The translations under genes were made by a program, and so were the position numbers. A stretch of 64,000 nucleotides of DNA, taken from NCBI GenBank assembly GCA_028534125.1, contig CM052817.1:30320001-30384000 (forward strand), given 5' to 3'. The DNA is from Lama glama (Eukaryota). The notes under the pieces were generated by a model. It saw only the letters and a program-made list of their open reading frames with translations, did not search any database and was not told where the DNA came from. Shown piece after piece: positions 1 to 14,025 of this stretch; positions within the stretch are counted from its first letter, which is position 1, and each line of letters opens with the position of its first letter.

Positions 1-382
1 GGTGTTGGGCCAAGAAAATAAGTGTGGGAGAGCCAATCCTGAAGATTGTCTATAAACTCAAAACCATTTCCCATTTCCAACAGTTTCCAGGTGGTATTAG
101 ATTGGCTCACCCCAGGCTGAGGGAGAAAACCTCACTAGGGAGGCAGGTTTCTTGGCAAGAAGCGCTGGAAACATCCACAAGGGCTCAGGACTGAAAATGC
201 ATGTTTACAGGAGAATGTGCACCTGGAGCCTGAGCAGCCACCTTTGCAAACTTCTAAACTTCGTAAGCAGGCCAAGTGTCACTCTCAAGACAGGAGGCCA
301 GGCGCGTAAATGGATTATCCCCTCAGAAACGTGATTGCAGAGAACCAGTTAACTTCTTGCTGGAAGAGGTCTCCCAATTGAG

Positions 383-492
383 TTTTTGTTTGTTTGTTTT
401 TGGTTTTGTTTTTGATGGAAGTACTAGGGATAAAACCCATGATCTCAGGCATGCTGAGCATGCACTCTACCACTGAGTTTTTACCCTCCCCC
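383..492 (-). mobile_element. tRNA-derived SINE (camelid Vic-type)
   Basis: The reverse complement reads GGGGGAGGGTAAAAACTCAGTGGTAGAGTGCATGCTCAGCATGCCTGAGATCATGGGTTTTATCCCTAGTAC, with degenerate Pol III A/B boxes, followed by an (A4-5C)n tail. Same family as the copy at 37192. Confidence 0.85.
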
Positions 493-1538
493 TTAGTTGG
501 GTTTAAATCCACAAATCATGGATTTAGAGCATCGAGAACAGACTGAGTGGTGTCCTGGCAAGGCTGCTGTCAAGAACATTTTCTCCTTCACTCAAAAGGA
601 TTTTTTTCTCTGGTCTTTGGCATCATTAAATATCAAGTTCTGGGAATATTTTTTTTTCTGGAATAACTGTTTTTAGAAGTAAAGATTGGTTTGTTACCTT
701 AATTTGAGGAATATGATTATTTTGGTATCTTATTAACTCTTTGAACTCTTTACAAAGTGAGGCATTACAAATTGTGGTTGAACTAACAGCTTCTCAGATC
801 ATTAAAAGGCTTTGACTTGTTCCAGAAAGAAACAGCACAAGCTGTAGCTGTTGATAGAACCCAGGTCCGCCAAAGCATGAAGAGTCATTCTAGCCAGAAC
901 TGAACTGAAGAAGTTGGAGACAATGAATTCTGCACTTGTATTCCTTGATTTTTTTATGAAAAGTGTAAGAGAACCGAATGTCTTGAATATGAAAGTGGGC
1001 TATATGTTGTGTTCTAATTTTTTCTGAGAAGTTTATAGTTTGCATTCATATGTTAGCATCTTGACATTGGCATCTTGGAATACCTTAATTCACTTAATCT
1101 CACTGAAGGCTCTCTAATATAGTATGTTATATAGCTGGGCATATTATTGGATAAGAAATCAAATACGAAGTGAATGTGGGCTTTGGGAACTGAGTGGCCT
1201 TGGAGTAAGTTTAATTAATGCATGATATAAATCCATTTCAGAATTTTGGAGGCAAAATGCTTATGGTCCACGTTGATTCTAACCAAATTCTTTAAAGAGA
1301 AGTAATTAGTATACAGGAGGGACATCTTGAAAATGGGAGACCATCCAAATACACTGGGGATCACTTCTCTTGGGAGACAATAGACAGACAAACCCTCATT
1401 TTGTTAAACACCACATGTTCATAGGAATAAAAAAACAGGATGACTATCTTCCCCACTTCTGATTTCTATGAGGAGTAATTTCCCTTGATTTCTCCCCTCT
1501 TGCCCCCCTTCCCTCCCCTGTTCTTCCTCAGAAGGAAT

Positions 1539-1761
1539 GAGCCAAACTACCTGTGATCAAGTCCTGCCAGCACCTCTTGGTAACTGTTTGACGGTGGGCA
1601 AATTGCTTAACTTCCTTGTGACTCCCCTTCCTTATTACAGAATGTGGACATGGTATCCAATACATGAAGCCAGTATGTGGATTAAACCAAATACCATATA
1701 TAAAGTTTTGAGAACAGTGCTTGTCCGTACAAAGTGTTGGATTTAAGTATTAGCTATTATT
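1539..1761 (+). mobile_element. MIR SINE (ancient)
   Basis: MIR core-like text: TGGGCAAATTGCTTAACTTC...ATTAAACCAAATACCATATATAAAGTTTTGAGAACAGTGC...TAGCTATTATT. Confidence 0.7.
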
Positions 1762-2409
1762 TGTCAAATCTGTCTTCAAAAAATTTTAATGCTTGTTTAA
1801 ACCTTTGAAAGTTGCTCTGCTCGTTTGAAATTATGGAAAAAGAGAGACCATTTTTTCTTCTGTTTGTATGCATCACTTTTCCTTAAACCACATCCTAGTA
1901 TAATGGCCCTTTGTTCATAATCTGAATATGAGAAAAAGCAACCCAGAAAGTACCCTAAAACATTTGTAAGCATGAAATTATGGGAATATTGAGATCTCAG
2001 TGTAACTACTCTTCCTTCAATTATCAAATATAAACCACTTAAGATCAGTATTTGGGAGCTGGTTCTAGATTTGGAAATACAGAAGCGGATATGAAATAGA
2101 TAACCAGTAGAGTGGTAAAATGTTGAATGGATTAGGGAACTCTAGTAGGATTTCCAGGTAGCCCTAAAGGCCTCCTTGAGATTAGTGGTCACAATAAAAA
2201 ATGACAAAGGTTCAGAGGAGGTGCAGACCAGGTGAAGAGTTGTGTTTATCCAGGGCACGCATTTTGACAGGCAAGTGTAGTGGCCTCCACACCACCACGG
2301 GCGGGATGCAGAGTGGCCGCCAGAGCCTGGTGAGATTCTGGAAAACTCCCTGGTGTTCCTGGTTAATGCTGCTAGTAAGACTCCCACAGCTTCCTTCCAA
2401 ACGTCGTAA

Positions 2410-3527
2410 ATTAAATACCAGCAAATAGAAAACTATTAATATATCAAAATACTATTACACCATGACCAAGTAGGGTTAATCTCCAGAATGCTATCATAAT
2501 ACCATCAACATAGTTCACTACATCAACATGGTTAGGGGTAAAATTAATATGACCATGTGACAAACACATATACACTAATTTTTAAGAAACTTCTAATAAA
2601 AATTATAATTACAATGGCGCTAAAGAAAATTACATACATAAAACAAAGACTTAACCAAAATCAACAATTATTGCCATAGATAAAGATACCAAAACATTTC
2701 ATTTAAATTTAGGAACTATCCATGGATGCCCACCATCACCATTATTAGTCAGTACTGCCTCAGATTTTGTAGCAAATGCAACCATACAATAGAATAACTA
2801 ATATTCATAAAATGAAACATTAGAAATAAGACTTGTGCATGATTTGATTTTTTTAAATAGATAAAAACAAAGAACTCTTGTTAAGAAATAAACTGATAGA
2901 ATAAACAAGATAATTAATTGCCTACACATTTAATAAGCAAAAATTAGCAATTCAATATTGTGTCTAATTTTGCAACAAACACCTAGCAAAAAAGAAGAAA
3001 AAATTTTTTCATTTATATTAGCAACAAAAATTGTAAAATGCATATGAATGAATTTAATAGTAAAGGCATAGGATCTACATGTGTAAAATCTTATTGTAGG
3101 ACATAAAACACAATGAACCAATTAAAGGCCTATCACAGCCTTGAACAAAAGTCTTAATATCATGAATATGTTAGTGGTTCCAATATTAACAAAAATCTTA
3201 ATATAATTATAATAGAACCCCAACAGAGCTGAACTTCTGGGGAAGGAAGGGTGGTGTTTTGAAGGCAATTGAAAAATAAAAATAAAAGACCTTATAGTTT
3301 GTATGGAAAAATAAATGTCTAAGAATCACCAAGAACATTTTGAAAAAGAATAGTGAACAGAAACTTTCATATCAGATATCATAACTCATTGAAAAGCCTA
3401 TGTACTTAACATATCATTGGCCTTGATATGGAAAAATAAAGCACTAAAACAGACTAGAGAATCTAGAAACAAATTCTAGTTAGTATATATGAGAACACAG
3501 CACCTGGAAACTGTTAAATAAATGCTA
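2410..3527 (+). mobile_element. Old, decayed L1 (L1M) ORF2 fragment
   Basis: CACCATGACCAAGTAGGGTTAATCTCCAGAATG matches the L1 RT motif HHDQVGFIPGM. The A-rich + strand continues through degraded ORF2-like sequence with many stops. Confidence 0.75.
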
Positions 3528-4856
3528 CAGCCAGCATTACCATCTTTGTGATCATTATTATATGATCCAGGTTATCAGTATCATCATCACACCCTCCCAA
3601 TACTTAGTTCCTGGCATTGAGTAAGCTCATATCAATATAGTTTGAATGGAACTGACACAGGAGTAAGGCATCAATAATTACATTATATAAGAAAAATGAA
3701 TCTGGATAACTATGTGATGATTTTTGACCAGTTATGATATATTTATAGGCAAGCTGAGCAATGCATGTGAAAGCTCTTTGCAGATGCTAGTTATGTAAGT
3801 GTTATTTCTGACATGAGCATTGTTTAATATCCTACAAGGTCAGAGGACTATGAAACAGTGATTTACAGCACATATGGCACATGCATGTTGGTAAATGTAC
3901 TAAATCAGTGTTCTGTCCATAGGAATAGATAAGATAATCTTGCATTTCTGCATGTTCAGCCAAGATTTTGTGGATCAGGGATGAGGAAAGGGGCGTTGCT
4001 AACATTCTCAAGACCAAATCTCTCTGGTAAAGCTCTATGGCCTCCTATGAGAAAAGTCCTGAGAAGAGGTTTACATTTGTATATTTGACTTCAAGGAACA
4101 TGCACGTTCACACAAAGGGAGCCTGTAACGTGAGTGATGTGATTTGGTTCTGTTTCATGTTACTCATTTCACATGCATTTTCTCAGAGGTAACAAAACAA
4201 AGTGGAATCTGTTTTACTGCTGGTGCTAAATTACCCATTGTTGACTTCGTATAAGCCCTGGGATATTGTTTACAAGCTATGTTGAGCTTTTTCTTCATGT
4301 GTTAATGGTCCAAAGTGTTAAAACTTTTTATAGTCTAATTTACTTTGGTTGTTATTCTATTCCTTCAGAAGTCAGAGCATTAGGTTCATCATTTTATGTT
4401 TTGATGGGTAGCATCCACTATGGTGATAGGGCGTGAGAAGTGGGGGAGAAGTTCGCTAGTGGTTCTCTAAGTGTCTGTAAAGTTTGTAAATTCCATATCT
4501 ATATGCACTTACCATGGCACGCTTTGGGGCATAACAAGAGCTTTCCTTTCCTCTTTTGCTTCTTTCAATGATGTGTAAAGACCTAATGGATCTATCATTT
4601 TGAAGCCTGTCTGTCATCCTATAGGGGCAATACTATGGCTGCTGCTAAACATTCTGTGTCCTTCACCTTTCTACATAGGCGTGCTCTGTGCAGTTGGCAA
4701 TACAGACCATATTGGGAAAAAAATAAGTCTGTCTTTGTATTAACAATTGTGATCCAGACATTAACTGTACATTTTTTAAAAAACACATTGTTCTTTTGTT
4801 GTGTACCTCTGCTTTAGATTGGCCCTGATCTCAAAAGAACCACAAGAGTTGAAATA

Positions 4857-4990
4857 TAATTGAGTGGCTACTATGTGTCAGGTGCACAATTGTGCCCACA
4901 AGTGTTGTTTCATTTAATTAATCCCAACTCCCTATCTTTAGATACTATTATCATCCATGATAAAAACAGAGACAGAATCAGAGGACTTTA
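4857..4990 (-). mobile_element. MIR fragment
   Basis: TTGAGTGGCTACTATGTGTCAGG...CATTTAAT...TACTATTATCATCC resembles the antisense MIR core. Confidence 0.55.
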
Positions 4991-5424
4991 CATAAAGGTT
5001 CACAAAAATTATCTACAATAAAGTCTGTAGTTTTTCCTTCATAAAAAGTAGAATTACAATCTGAGTTGAGACATCTAAAAAAATTTAGTGCTCTTTTGAC
5101 ATTCTCTACTTGAACTTCAAGAATTAACAGCCATACGTTCATGTGCTGAAGATACCCCTGCGGTGGGAGAATTGAATGTGCTGTACAATATTCTACACAG
5201 TGGAATGTTTAGTTGTTTGTGGGGGCTCATTGGCAATGTCTCTGCAAACCTAGCTTAGGAAAAAATTATTCAAATAAAACGCAAGTTCAAAAATTTCTGT
5301 AAATCTTATTTTTATGACAAGGGAAGAAAAATAATTCCTTAAGCTCATGTTTATCATTTTGTTGCTTTTGTTATATCATCATCACCTTCATCATCATCAT
5401 CCATTAGAGTAACTGAAATCATTA

Positions 5425-5860
5425 AAATATTAACTGCAAGTGACAGAAACATAACAAAAATTCATTTGAACAACAACAACAAAGAGTTATTTGGCTTATA
5501 TAACTGAAAAGTTCAAGAATAGTTTTCAAGTAAGACTGAATCCAGAGTTTCAAAAGCCATCAGCCAAGTCTTAAAATTTTCTGTCCATTTTTCAGTTCTA
5601 CTTTGTTGGCATCATTCTCCAACTGACTGTCCATGGAGGAGCTAAGTTATCTCCTGGAAACCGAGACTTAAGTGGGCCTTGGCACTTTCATCTCAGAAGA
5701 ACATTTCTTACACATTTCTTACCACGTCGGTCTCCATAATATGATCTGAGCATGAGCCAAGGACTTGAGCTGCTCTGATGGGGCACCCTAAACTTCATGG
5801 CCACTTGAGTGGAAAGTTGTCCGGTCTGTTCCTGAAACAAAAAGAAGAGAAATAGATCTT
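5425..5860 (-). mobile_element. MaLR LTR (old MLT1-type)
   Basis: Starts with TGCAAGTGACAGAAAC...TTATTTGGCTTATATAACTGAAAAGTTCA, a typical antisense MLT1J/K-like end. The right boundary is approximate. Confidence 0.55.
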
Positions 5861-8819
5861 AGACAGAAAAAGCAATGTTCCAAAAAATTATGGAAGATGC
5901 AATACATTTGAGAAAAAAAGGAATATTTGATCTATTTTTATAATGTAAAATTTAAGATATAGGTGTAAGATTAAATCCTCAAATATAATTTTCCATTCCA
6001 AACACCTATGCCGCATTTCATTTCCATGTGTAAATATATTTTAGATCTAACAATGCAGGACGTAATGAGTAAATCTGGTGAACCATGTGTTGGGAGGGAG
6101 GGAGGAGGAGTTGGGAGACAAAGGTCCAGGTAGTTAGTCACCAGTGAAAATATATTTAAGTTAAGTGGTCCATTATAGAAAGTTGAAGTCAGAACTGAAA
6201 CACCCACTCAGTTCCATTTCAGAAGTGTGCAAGGAAATAAATGTGAATCTGGAAAATCATACTGCGCTATCTAGGAAAAAAAAAAAACAACTATCGGAAA
6301 ATGCAGTGGAGTTTAGTAAGATGGTAGAGGTTTAGTGAGAAAAATTATGTGTCAAAGAAAGCCATTTAGAAGGATCTGATTAAAAGAGATGGGAAGTCTA
6401 ACTTTGGAATTCTCTTATCAAAAAGAGAACATAAACTTATTTATAATTCATAAATACATAGCAAAAACATACTGGGGTATAATCAGAGGTGCAGTGCTTA
6501 AATGCTATTATTAAAATAATTTTCTTGTCATTATAATAAACACAGGAAAGAGATCTCTAAAAGAAAATACGATGGCTCATTCTCCAATATTGACCTCTTT
6601 TTACCTTGGGGCTTTCTTAAAGACAGAATTAAAATTTCAGTATCCTTAAAGTTTTTAATGCATCTTAAAAGTAGAATAATATTTTTCTGAAGTAATATTT
6701 TTCAAAACTTTTTATGATATCATGTAAACACAATAACACTAATCACTCAAAGAGAGATCATTTTACTATTGTATAAAATTTGGTAGGAAACTTTCTATAT
6801 AATGGAGATGCCTTCACAAGAATTTGGATTTTAAGACAAATCTGAATTCTCTGAAAAGTGCCAAAGCCTCTATTTATTTGTGATCCAAAACTTAATTTTG
6901 TGGCATAAGTGGGGTATAGTTAAAATGCAAAAATTAGCCATAAAACTTTGGATTTTTTGCACATTGCCTAGCATATGTGCCTTGTTTTTCATGTTTAGGA
7001 AAAAGTGCCAGAATCTTGATAATATAATTATCTCAGATATTTCAGCACATGATTTTAATGAGCAAGGCCATGGACCTAGTGGAATTATCAACCCTTATCA
7101 CAAGTAATGGAGCTATTAATATTCAGGGTTTTTTTTTAATCCAAAATTTTGTCTGTTTAAGAGATTGGCAGTTGTTATCACAGTTTTAATGACAAAAAGA
7201 ATCTCTGAAACTTTACTTTTAATTTACAGGTCAACAGCTTTGTAATTTACAAAGCCCTCTATTTGCAAATTGAAAATAATAGGAACTGTTCACATCCTTG
7301 ATCGTAAAGAAAGAATAACATATCTTAAGCCTTCTGGTCCTTCTGGTCTAGATTTATCAATTTCTTCATTTCAAAAAGATTCTTTTTTAAAAAAAAACTG
7401 CTATATTCCCAATACAGATGCCTATAAGTGTTACTTCAATAGACCAAACTAAGGGAAATTGAAAGGCAAATTTAAAAGGGAGGATGCTCAGACTAACTTC
7501 CTTTCCTCGCTTCTGTCTTCCAGGTGAGAAGTCCTTCCTAACAGCCAGTTTCTTCTCAAATATTTTCATTTCCTTATCTTAAGAGTAAGACCACTGGTAG
7601 CACTCTGCATGTTCTTTTGACCCAAAGGATTTTGGTAACTTTCTATATGATGCAAATCAAGTGTATATAATCTTTTGTTCAAGTTGTAAATTTTTACCTT
7701 TCTTCAATTGGCTATGAAGGATTTACATGAGTACACACTCATATTTTGATACTTGTTCCCATGATATTGGAAATACCTGGTCCCCTGGGAGCACTTATAA
7801 GTTGCAGAATGTCCAGGAGTTGCCTGTAATAAGAAGCCAAGATCCCACAGAATAAAAACCAGAAAATAAGATGAAATTCCCAAAAACAAATGTTGAAAGC
7901 TCTTCCTTCTGTCCTTTATGGCACTCATCCTAAGAGTCTGTTTCAGGGACCGGTGGAAGGATGAGATGGGAAGGTGACGTAGAAGACACCTTTCTCTGCA
8001 GAGGAACACAGCCTGTGTAAGTGGAGAAAAGGTCTTCTCTTACAAATTGGGCTTGAGGTGTGCAATTTTCTGTCCCTTGGATGCTTAGTCACCATTCAGG
8101 TATCTATCTTTACCACATTAAACATACTAGCATCACAAATCTTAATGTGGATGGACTCTGGGAAATAATAGTGTCTGTAATAGAATTATGTGCACAAGTT
8201 AGTACAGAATAACTGATTCTTTAGGGATTAGGAAGGCTTAGAAGAGGAAGTACCATATTGTTTAGTGATCAGAACTTTACCAAGAAGAAATAGCAAGGAG
8301 GTCCAAAGAGCTCATCTGCTAAGTGCATTAAACATATAATAAAGTCAAATTAAAAGATAGTAAATTTCTAGATGAACAAATTATCTACATTTTCTCCCAT
8401 GAATGCAAACTGAAACCTCACTTTCAATACAATTTTTACCAACATACCAATGGAAATTGAGTGGGGAAAGTTTGGATGTTTTCATGCAGTGCATTGCCAA
8501 TTGTTAGGGGAAAAAAATCAAGCAAGCAGTGGGGTAATTTGGGAGTCAGGTATTTCATGTCAGGGTCTCAAAAAGGAGGACTTAGTTTTTCTAGTTTTCT
8601 TAATAAAGTCCAGTGGAAAGGTGAATTGGGTGGGGGGCTGATTCGCTTAAGAACTATGTTCACCACTCTCACATTCTCTGGTAATTAAGACCCTCTTGCC
8701 TTCCATGCCATCCTGTAGCCTTGAACTTCATTTGCCTGACTTGTCTGACTTCATTTATACTGTGTTCACAGTTGTGTCTAAGCCCTGGCCCCAGTCACCT
8801 ATCTGCCCTGATACACACC

Positions 8820-10300
8820 ACTGCTTTTTACTTACCTGTGGAGAGTTTTTCCACTTCATCGCTTTGCCTTTGCATTACGCCTGCTGTGACACTTACCTTT
8901 AGGACCCAGTGTTTTCTATGGATCACTGTTTAACTAGGACAATAATCTAAAGAAAGGCATCCCATACGATTCAGCAATTATCCTCCACATTGTATAACTA
9001 ATGCCTGCCTGTAGATAAGATCCTCCTCCTGTAAAAGCAACTATTTTTCAGGCTTATTACAGATTATTAGAATGATTAAAATGTGACACTATACTGACCT
9101 CTTAGGGCAGGACAGTTCAAACCATCCACAGGAATGCAAAGCATATAGGACTATAAATTTCTATAAAAATCTCTCACTTACTTGTCTCTTGTGTTTCCCC
9201 TGCTGTGATTCTCACTCCCTTCGTGATAGGAGAATGTGTAATCATAAATCTGTGTTGGCTGTAGTGTCAGAGCACGATTACACTGGGGAAGAAGCAAGTC
9301 CCTGCTCTATTGGAGCCGACAAAGACGATCGCATCAATCCGACCCTTTTATAACCTCATCCTCCAGGCCTTGCTTCTCTCATCTCTCATGGAAAGTGTGT
9401 GCACATCCACCTATCATGTTTTTGCCTAGGAAAGTGGTATGTGTTTGCAGAACATCTTGTTTTTCTCTTATTCATATTTTGACTTGGCATTTATAGCAGT
9501 TGGGTGAAAAAAAAAAAAAAAAGAAGCCACAGTCTGATTTGTCTGCAGCAGACAGTCTAATTAAATTGGAGGGGAGGGACAGATGCACAAAGCTGCTGAA
9601 CTGCTCATAATACAAAACATGGCAGCTTCAGTTTGGAAAAATGTAGCAAGATGGTGCCAACAATTTCTGCTCACTGAACTAGCTGAAGTATGTAATTATG
9701 TTAAGTTCTCTTATTTCCATTCCAATTTCACGTATATCACTGATGCATTTGAAAAGAGCTTAGAAGGCCATTATTTGGGCTGTGATAAAAGAACAATATA
9801 CACCCAATTCACACATGCTGTAATTTTTTTCCGAGTCAGATTTTTCAATACTGAAAGTGTAATTTTTACCAAATAAATATTTATGCATATGGCTTTTCTC
9901 ATCTTTAATTTTTTTCCCTATACGATTCAAATCAGCATCAGTTCTTTGATACTTACGAACTGCATGCAATCCAGAGCGCCAACTGCTGTCTGTAATACTG
10001 AAAACCTGAAGCCAACCTTTGTGAACATGAACTCTCATGAACAGAAACACAAACTGTCTGCATCACTAATGGCAAATCCTCTCTGTCAAGCTGTTTTACA
10101 ATCTGTACTTCCAGGATAATGTCATTCTTTCAAATTGCTGTGGGCATTCATGTTGCTACTGTGGGATGCTAATCTCACACTGATCTGCTTGTCTCTTTTA
10201 TCCCACCCCACCTCAAAAGATACAAAGGCTGCAGGCATCACCACCTTTCAGTGTGAAAATATGTTTACATATCTGCAGATAATACATGTTGCATTCAAAA
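8820..10300. promoter_or_regulatory. Candidate promoter/enhancer island in apparently repeat-free sequence
   Basis: Local CpG retention (9270-9345). Minus-strand TATA boxes at 9345-9352 (TATAAAAG) and 9490-9495. CCAAT at 9309-9313 (minus strand). YY1-like AACATGGCAGC and CAAGATGGTG at 9616-9656. Clustered 5' splice sites on both strands. Confidence 0.4.
9583..9687 (+). other. Candidate first/5' exon (start uncertain)
   Basis: Donor GAA|gtatgt after 9687. ATG at 9619 is in strong Kozak context (AAAACATGG). Lies within the promoter-like island. Confidence 0.3.
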
Positions 10301-10334
10301 TCTATTTTTTCAGAATAATTTATAACATCCACGC

Positions 10335-10760
10335 ACCTATTTGAATGCTGAAAGTTTCAAGATACAATTGTTACAAAATCATCATTTTAAAAATTCACTG
10401 AAGAGCTGGCAACACAAAGAAACTTGACTGAAATAAAGTCCAAAAAGCACCAAGCCCTTTACTAGAGAGAGATGTTACTTACGTCTGTTCCATCCTTAAC
10501 AAAACCAAGCGAAGAGCAGCAACAACAACAAAACGAAGGAAAATGTGTTTCATGATCAAGAGAGGAAATAGCCAATGAAAGCAGACATAGAGATGGACCA
10601 GATGGACTCTAAACTCAACATGATAAAAATCTAAATTCTAATGAAAAAGTGCACAACATGCATGAAGAAAGGGAAAAGTTCAAGAGAGATCCAGAAGCTA
10701 TAAAAAAGGAAATGCTATATATGATAAAATCAAAATAACTTATATGAATAATACTTATAA
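10335..10760 (+). mobile_element. Old L1M 5'/ORF1-region fragments
   Basis: A-rich decayed text such as GAAAGCAGACATAGAGATGGACCAGATG...ATGCATGAAGAAAGGGAAAAGTTCAAGAGAGA, typical of the L1M ORF1 region. Confidence 0.5.
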
Positions 10761-12176
10761 TACTTTTAATACAGTTTTAACGTATAATAAAAAATATATC
10801 CTCAGTTAAGAAAATGGAAATAAGGCAAACTGGCATGATTTATCTTAAGCTGTTATTCAAATACAGTAAATTTAAAAAATAGAATTATGTGACTCTTGGT
10901 CCACAATGACGAATGTTTACACAAGAAGTGTCTCCCCTACTTCTTGAAATCTCATTTTTAAAAAGCTATTTTTAAAAGAGAAAATAAACCCAGAGAACAA
11001 AGACAGAAACATACTGGAAGCTGAAAGCAATCTGGAAAAAGTAGATTCAAGAGAGCCGAATCCTGATCCAATGATGAAATGTGAGAATTTCTAGGATGAC
11101 CCAATGCATTCCAAAGAACCAGTGACTCAGGGACTGGCAGTATTGGGTACATATGGAGGCTGGAATAAAGGTGGTAGAATAAAATCAGGAAAAGCAGTTC
11201 AAAGTCCATCTAAACCCCCAGATTACCTCCCTTCCTCTGCATAGCTAAGTAAGCAACTGCTACCTTCCTTACTCACTGGGCAGGTGAATTTTGACATATT
11301 AACATGAGAAGGCAAATTGGAATATCTATGATCTGAGCTGAAGATCAGAGTACTAAACTAAAACAAGAAAACTGAGGAGAAATTTAGATTCTGAATATAT
11401 TATCTCACCAGAAGCCCAGAAATGAAAGCCATAATTGTGTCCCACAAGCCACCTGACAGTTTTCCCAGGAGTCTGACCAGCTCACAGAAAAGTACTGAAA
11501 CTAATAACATCAAGGGTTTCCCCACTAAGCAGCATCGCTACATTGCCCCGAAGGGAAGCCCACAGTCTTTTCCATGTGCATGGAAAACCCAGGCAAATTT
11601 TTAGTGCTCCTCTTTTAAACATGAGCCTAGAGTCACAAGTGAACAGACATTTGAAGCACATCTCTACCATGAAAGACAAAAGCCAAGAGAAACAGAAACA
11701 CGTGGCAGAGAAAAGAGATGACAAAGAGAGGTGAAAATCACACACACACACAAGTATACACACTCACACAAACTTAAATAAATACCTTCAGAGAAGTAAG
11801 AGGAATAAGAATATATTGGGGAAAAAAGGAACATTCAGCAAATGAAGAAATGAGTCCTTGGAAAATAAATCTATTATATTAGATATGAAGACATCAGTAG
11901 AATAAATGGAAGATAAAGTTGAGAGAATTTCCCAGCGAGTAGAACAATGAGATAAAACATACGAAAGGAAAAAAAAAAAAGCTAGAGGATCAACATAGGG
12001 TATTTAACATCCACACAACGGTGATTCAAAAAGAGATGACAGAGAAGTGAAAAGAGAGGAAGAGGAAAAGGCAAAACAATTCAAGAAAATGTTCTAGATC
12101 ACGGAGTCACAAGACTCCACACTGAATTTAGCAACAGTGCCATAGAGGAAAATAGTCCCACTCAGTAGGATTATTT

Positions 12177-12325
12177 TATATAGTCACACAGGTTGTCAAC
12201 TGCACAGCTTTAGGGGCAGCATTGTCATTGGCAATGTGAATGAATTTTCTTTGACATATGCCTTTTGCCAAGTGTGCCCTGGATTTTTGTAGTGCAGTGG
12301 CCCTTCTCAACAATCCATGCTGCTG
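12177..12325. mobile_element. MER91-like non-autonomous hAT DNA transposon
   Basis: Imperfect inverted arms GGTTGTCAACTGCACAGCTTTAGGGGCA ... TGCCCTGGATTTTTGTAGTGCAG interrupt the HAL1-like sequence. Confidence 0.55.
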
Positions 12326-13134
12326 GGAAACTTTCAAAAGCAAGATAAACAGAAGATCCCATGACATTTCTGAAAAGGGGAGGAGGCCTCATGTGAAGAT
12401 ATTTAATTTTTCAACAACAATACTGAAAGCTAGAAAACAATGAAGAAACATCTTAAAAACTCTGAGGGAAAAAATGCTTTCCTACTTAGAATCCTATAAG
12501 AAGCCGAGCAAATAAGTGTGAGCGTAAAACAGAAACAAACACACAAAGATATTTTCATATGTCAAGTCTGTTAGCAGGTGTGCCTCGACCCGGGTGCTTG
12601 GGGAGCTCCTGAGTATCTGATCCAGCAAAATTGGGAAGGAAAACAGAAATATGGAAATCATGGGATCCAGGAACTGGGCCAACCAAGGTAAGAGAGAGAT
12701 TAACAGAATTTGTAATGTGATGGTGTCAGGAGACATCAGACCTAGGGATAAACCAATCTAGATGGGAACAAGAAACTTGCGGAAAGGATTTCTTCAAAAA
12801 TGTGAAACCAATAGGATAACGTGTTTAGAGAACTAAGCAAACATTTAAAAGGGTAATTATTAACTCTAAGCGAGACAAAAATGCACGGGAATGAAAAGTA
12901 ATCATGGCATACCACATGGCTCAGTTGAGAAGGCAGTCACATAATCATAATGGTTACAATAACAGGAATATTAAATATTGATCTTACCAAAATTACGATA
13001 GAAGAATAATGGCAAGATGGGGAGCTAGAGAGGGGAGATATGATGGGCTTATGCATGAAAAAGAGTAAATCTTTCTCTCCCATGCTATGAAATTGACTGA
13101 TAAAGTCAAAAAGGAAAAATGTTAACGTAGTAAG

Positions 13135-13232
13135 AATATATACATGGTATCACTGAATCACTTTGCTGTACACCAGAAACTAACACAACACTGTAAATCA
13201 ACTGTACTTCAATTAAAGAATAAGAGAAAAAA
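13135..13232 (+). mobile_element. L1 3' tip (5'-truncated)
   Basis: CTGAATCACTTTGCTGTACACCAGAAACTAACACAACACTGTAAATCAACTGTACTTCAATT followed by an A-rich tail. Confidence 0.85.
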
Positions 13233-13769
13233 ATCCCACTAAACAGTAAAAAAATAAAAAAGGTGATAGATTGAGATGTAGAGGGAATACTGAAAGAATA
13301 AGAGTTGCACATGGTTGGGTCTGTGAAGTGGGACTGTGGTACTGCTGCTTCTAAGAGGTCTGTGGAACTGTTTTTCTCTTTAAATTGTATACACAGTATG
13401 TGAAAACCTACACTAGAGATAGTATGTGAGGTCTTCTAATTGGTCATCTGTTGCACAACTTGTATCAGTATTTACGGTAGCTATATATACGTGCAAAGAC
13501 TGCTTCCTCAGTTCTTGATAAGCACTTTTGTTTCCTCCTGAAAACTGTCAACTAGCTGGTCAGTCAACTTGCTTAGTCCTTACTAGTCCCAGTGCCTGGG
13601 GTTAGATAGATACTGTACCTTCAGTACACACAAATCTCTGGGCCCTATTTGCCATTGGTCTATCAGGAACCACAGTAATGATACTTTAACTGATTTCAAG
13701 TATCACTCCTGCCTAGAATTACATAGTTTTCTGAACCCTGTAATTTGGACGATGGTGGTATAATTTTGT

Positions 13770-14025
13770 AGATCAGATCTATGGAGTGGATTAGAATCTG
13801 CAACGGAACTGCCTGGATTTGAGCTTTGGCTCCAGAACTAATTTTTTTCTATGACATTAGGTCATTGCTTAACCAAGCTGAACCAAGTTTATTGATTTAT
13901 AAAGTGAGATTAATAGTACTACCTACCTCAAATGATTAAAAGTTAAATGAAATAATACGGAATATAGTTTATTGCAGTACTTGGCATTTAGTTAGTTCAA
14001 AAGAAGTATTACCTATTATTTATTA
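13770..14025 (+). mobile_element. MIR SINE
   Basis: CTGCCTGGATTTGAG...GGTCATTGCTTAACC...AATAGTACTACCTACCTCA...AAATGAAATAAT...CAGTACTTGGCA. Confidence 0.7.

Larger units (their letters stand above)
10890..13400 (+). mobile_element. HAL1-like (half-L1) element, decayed and interrupted by younger insertions
   Basis: ORF1-like A-rich body (GAAGATAAAGTTGAGAGAATTTCCCAG; AGCTAGAAAACAATGAAG) and a HAL1-type 3' segment CATGGGATCCAGGAAC...AACCAATCTAGATGGGAACAAG near 12660-12775. Confidence 0.6.

Noticed and set aside
9255..9290. Possible miRNA-like hairpin TGTAGTGTCAGAGCACGATTACA
   Set aside because: The stem is too short for a pre-miRNA and matches no mature miRNA I recognise.
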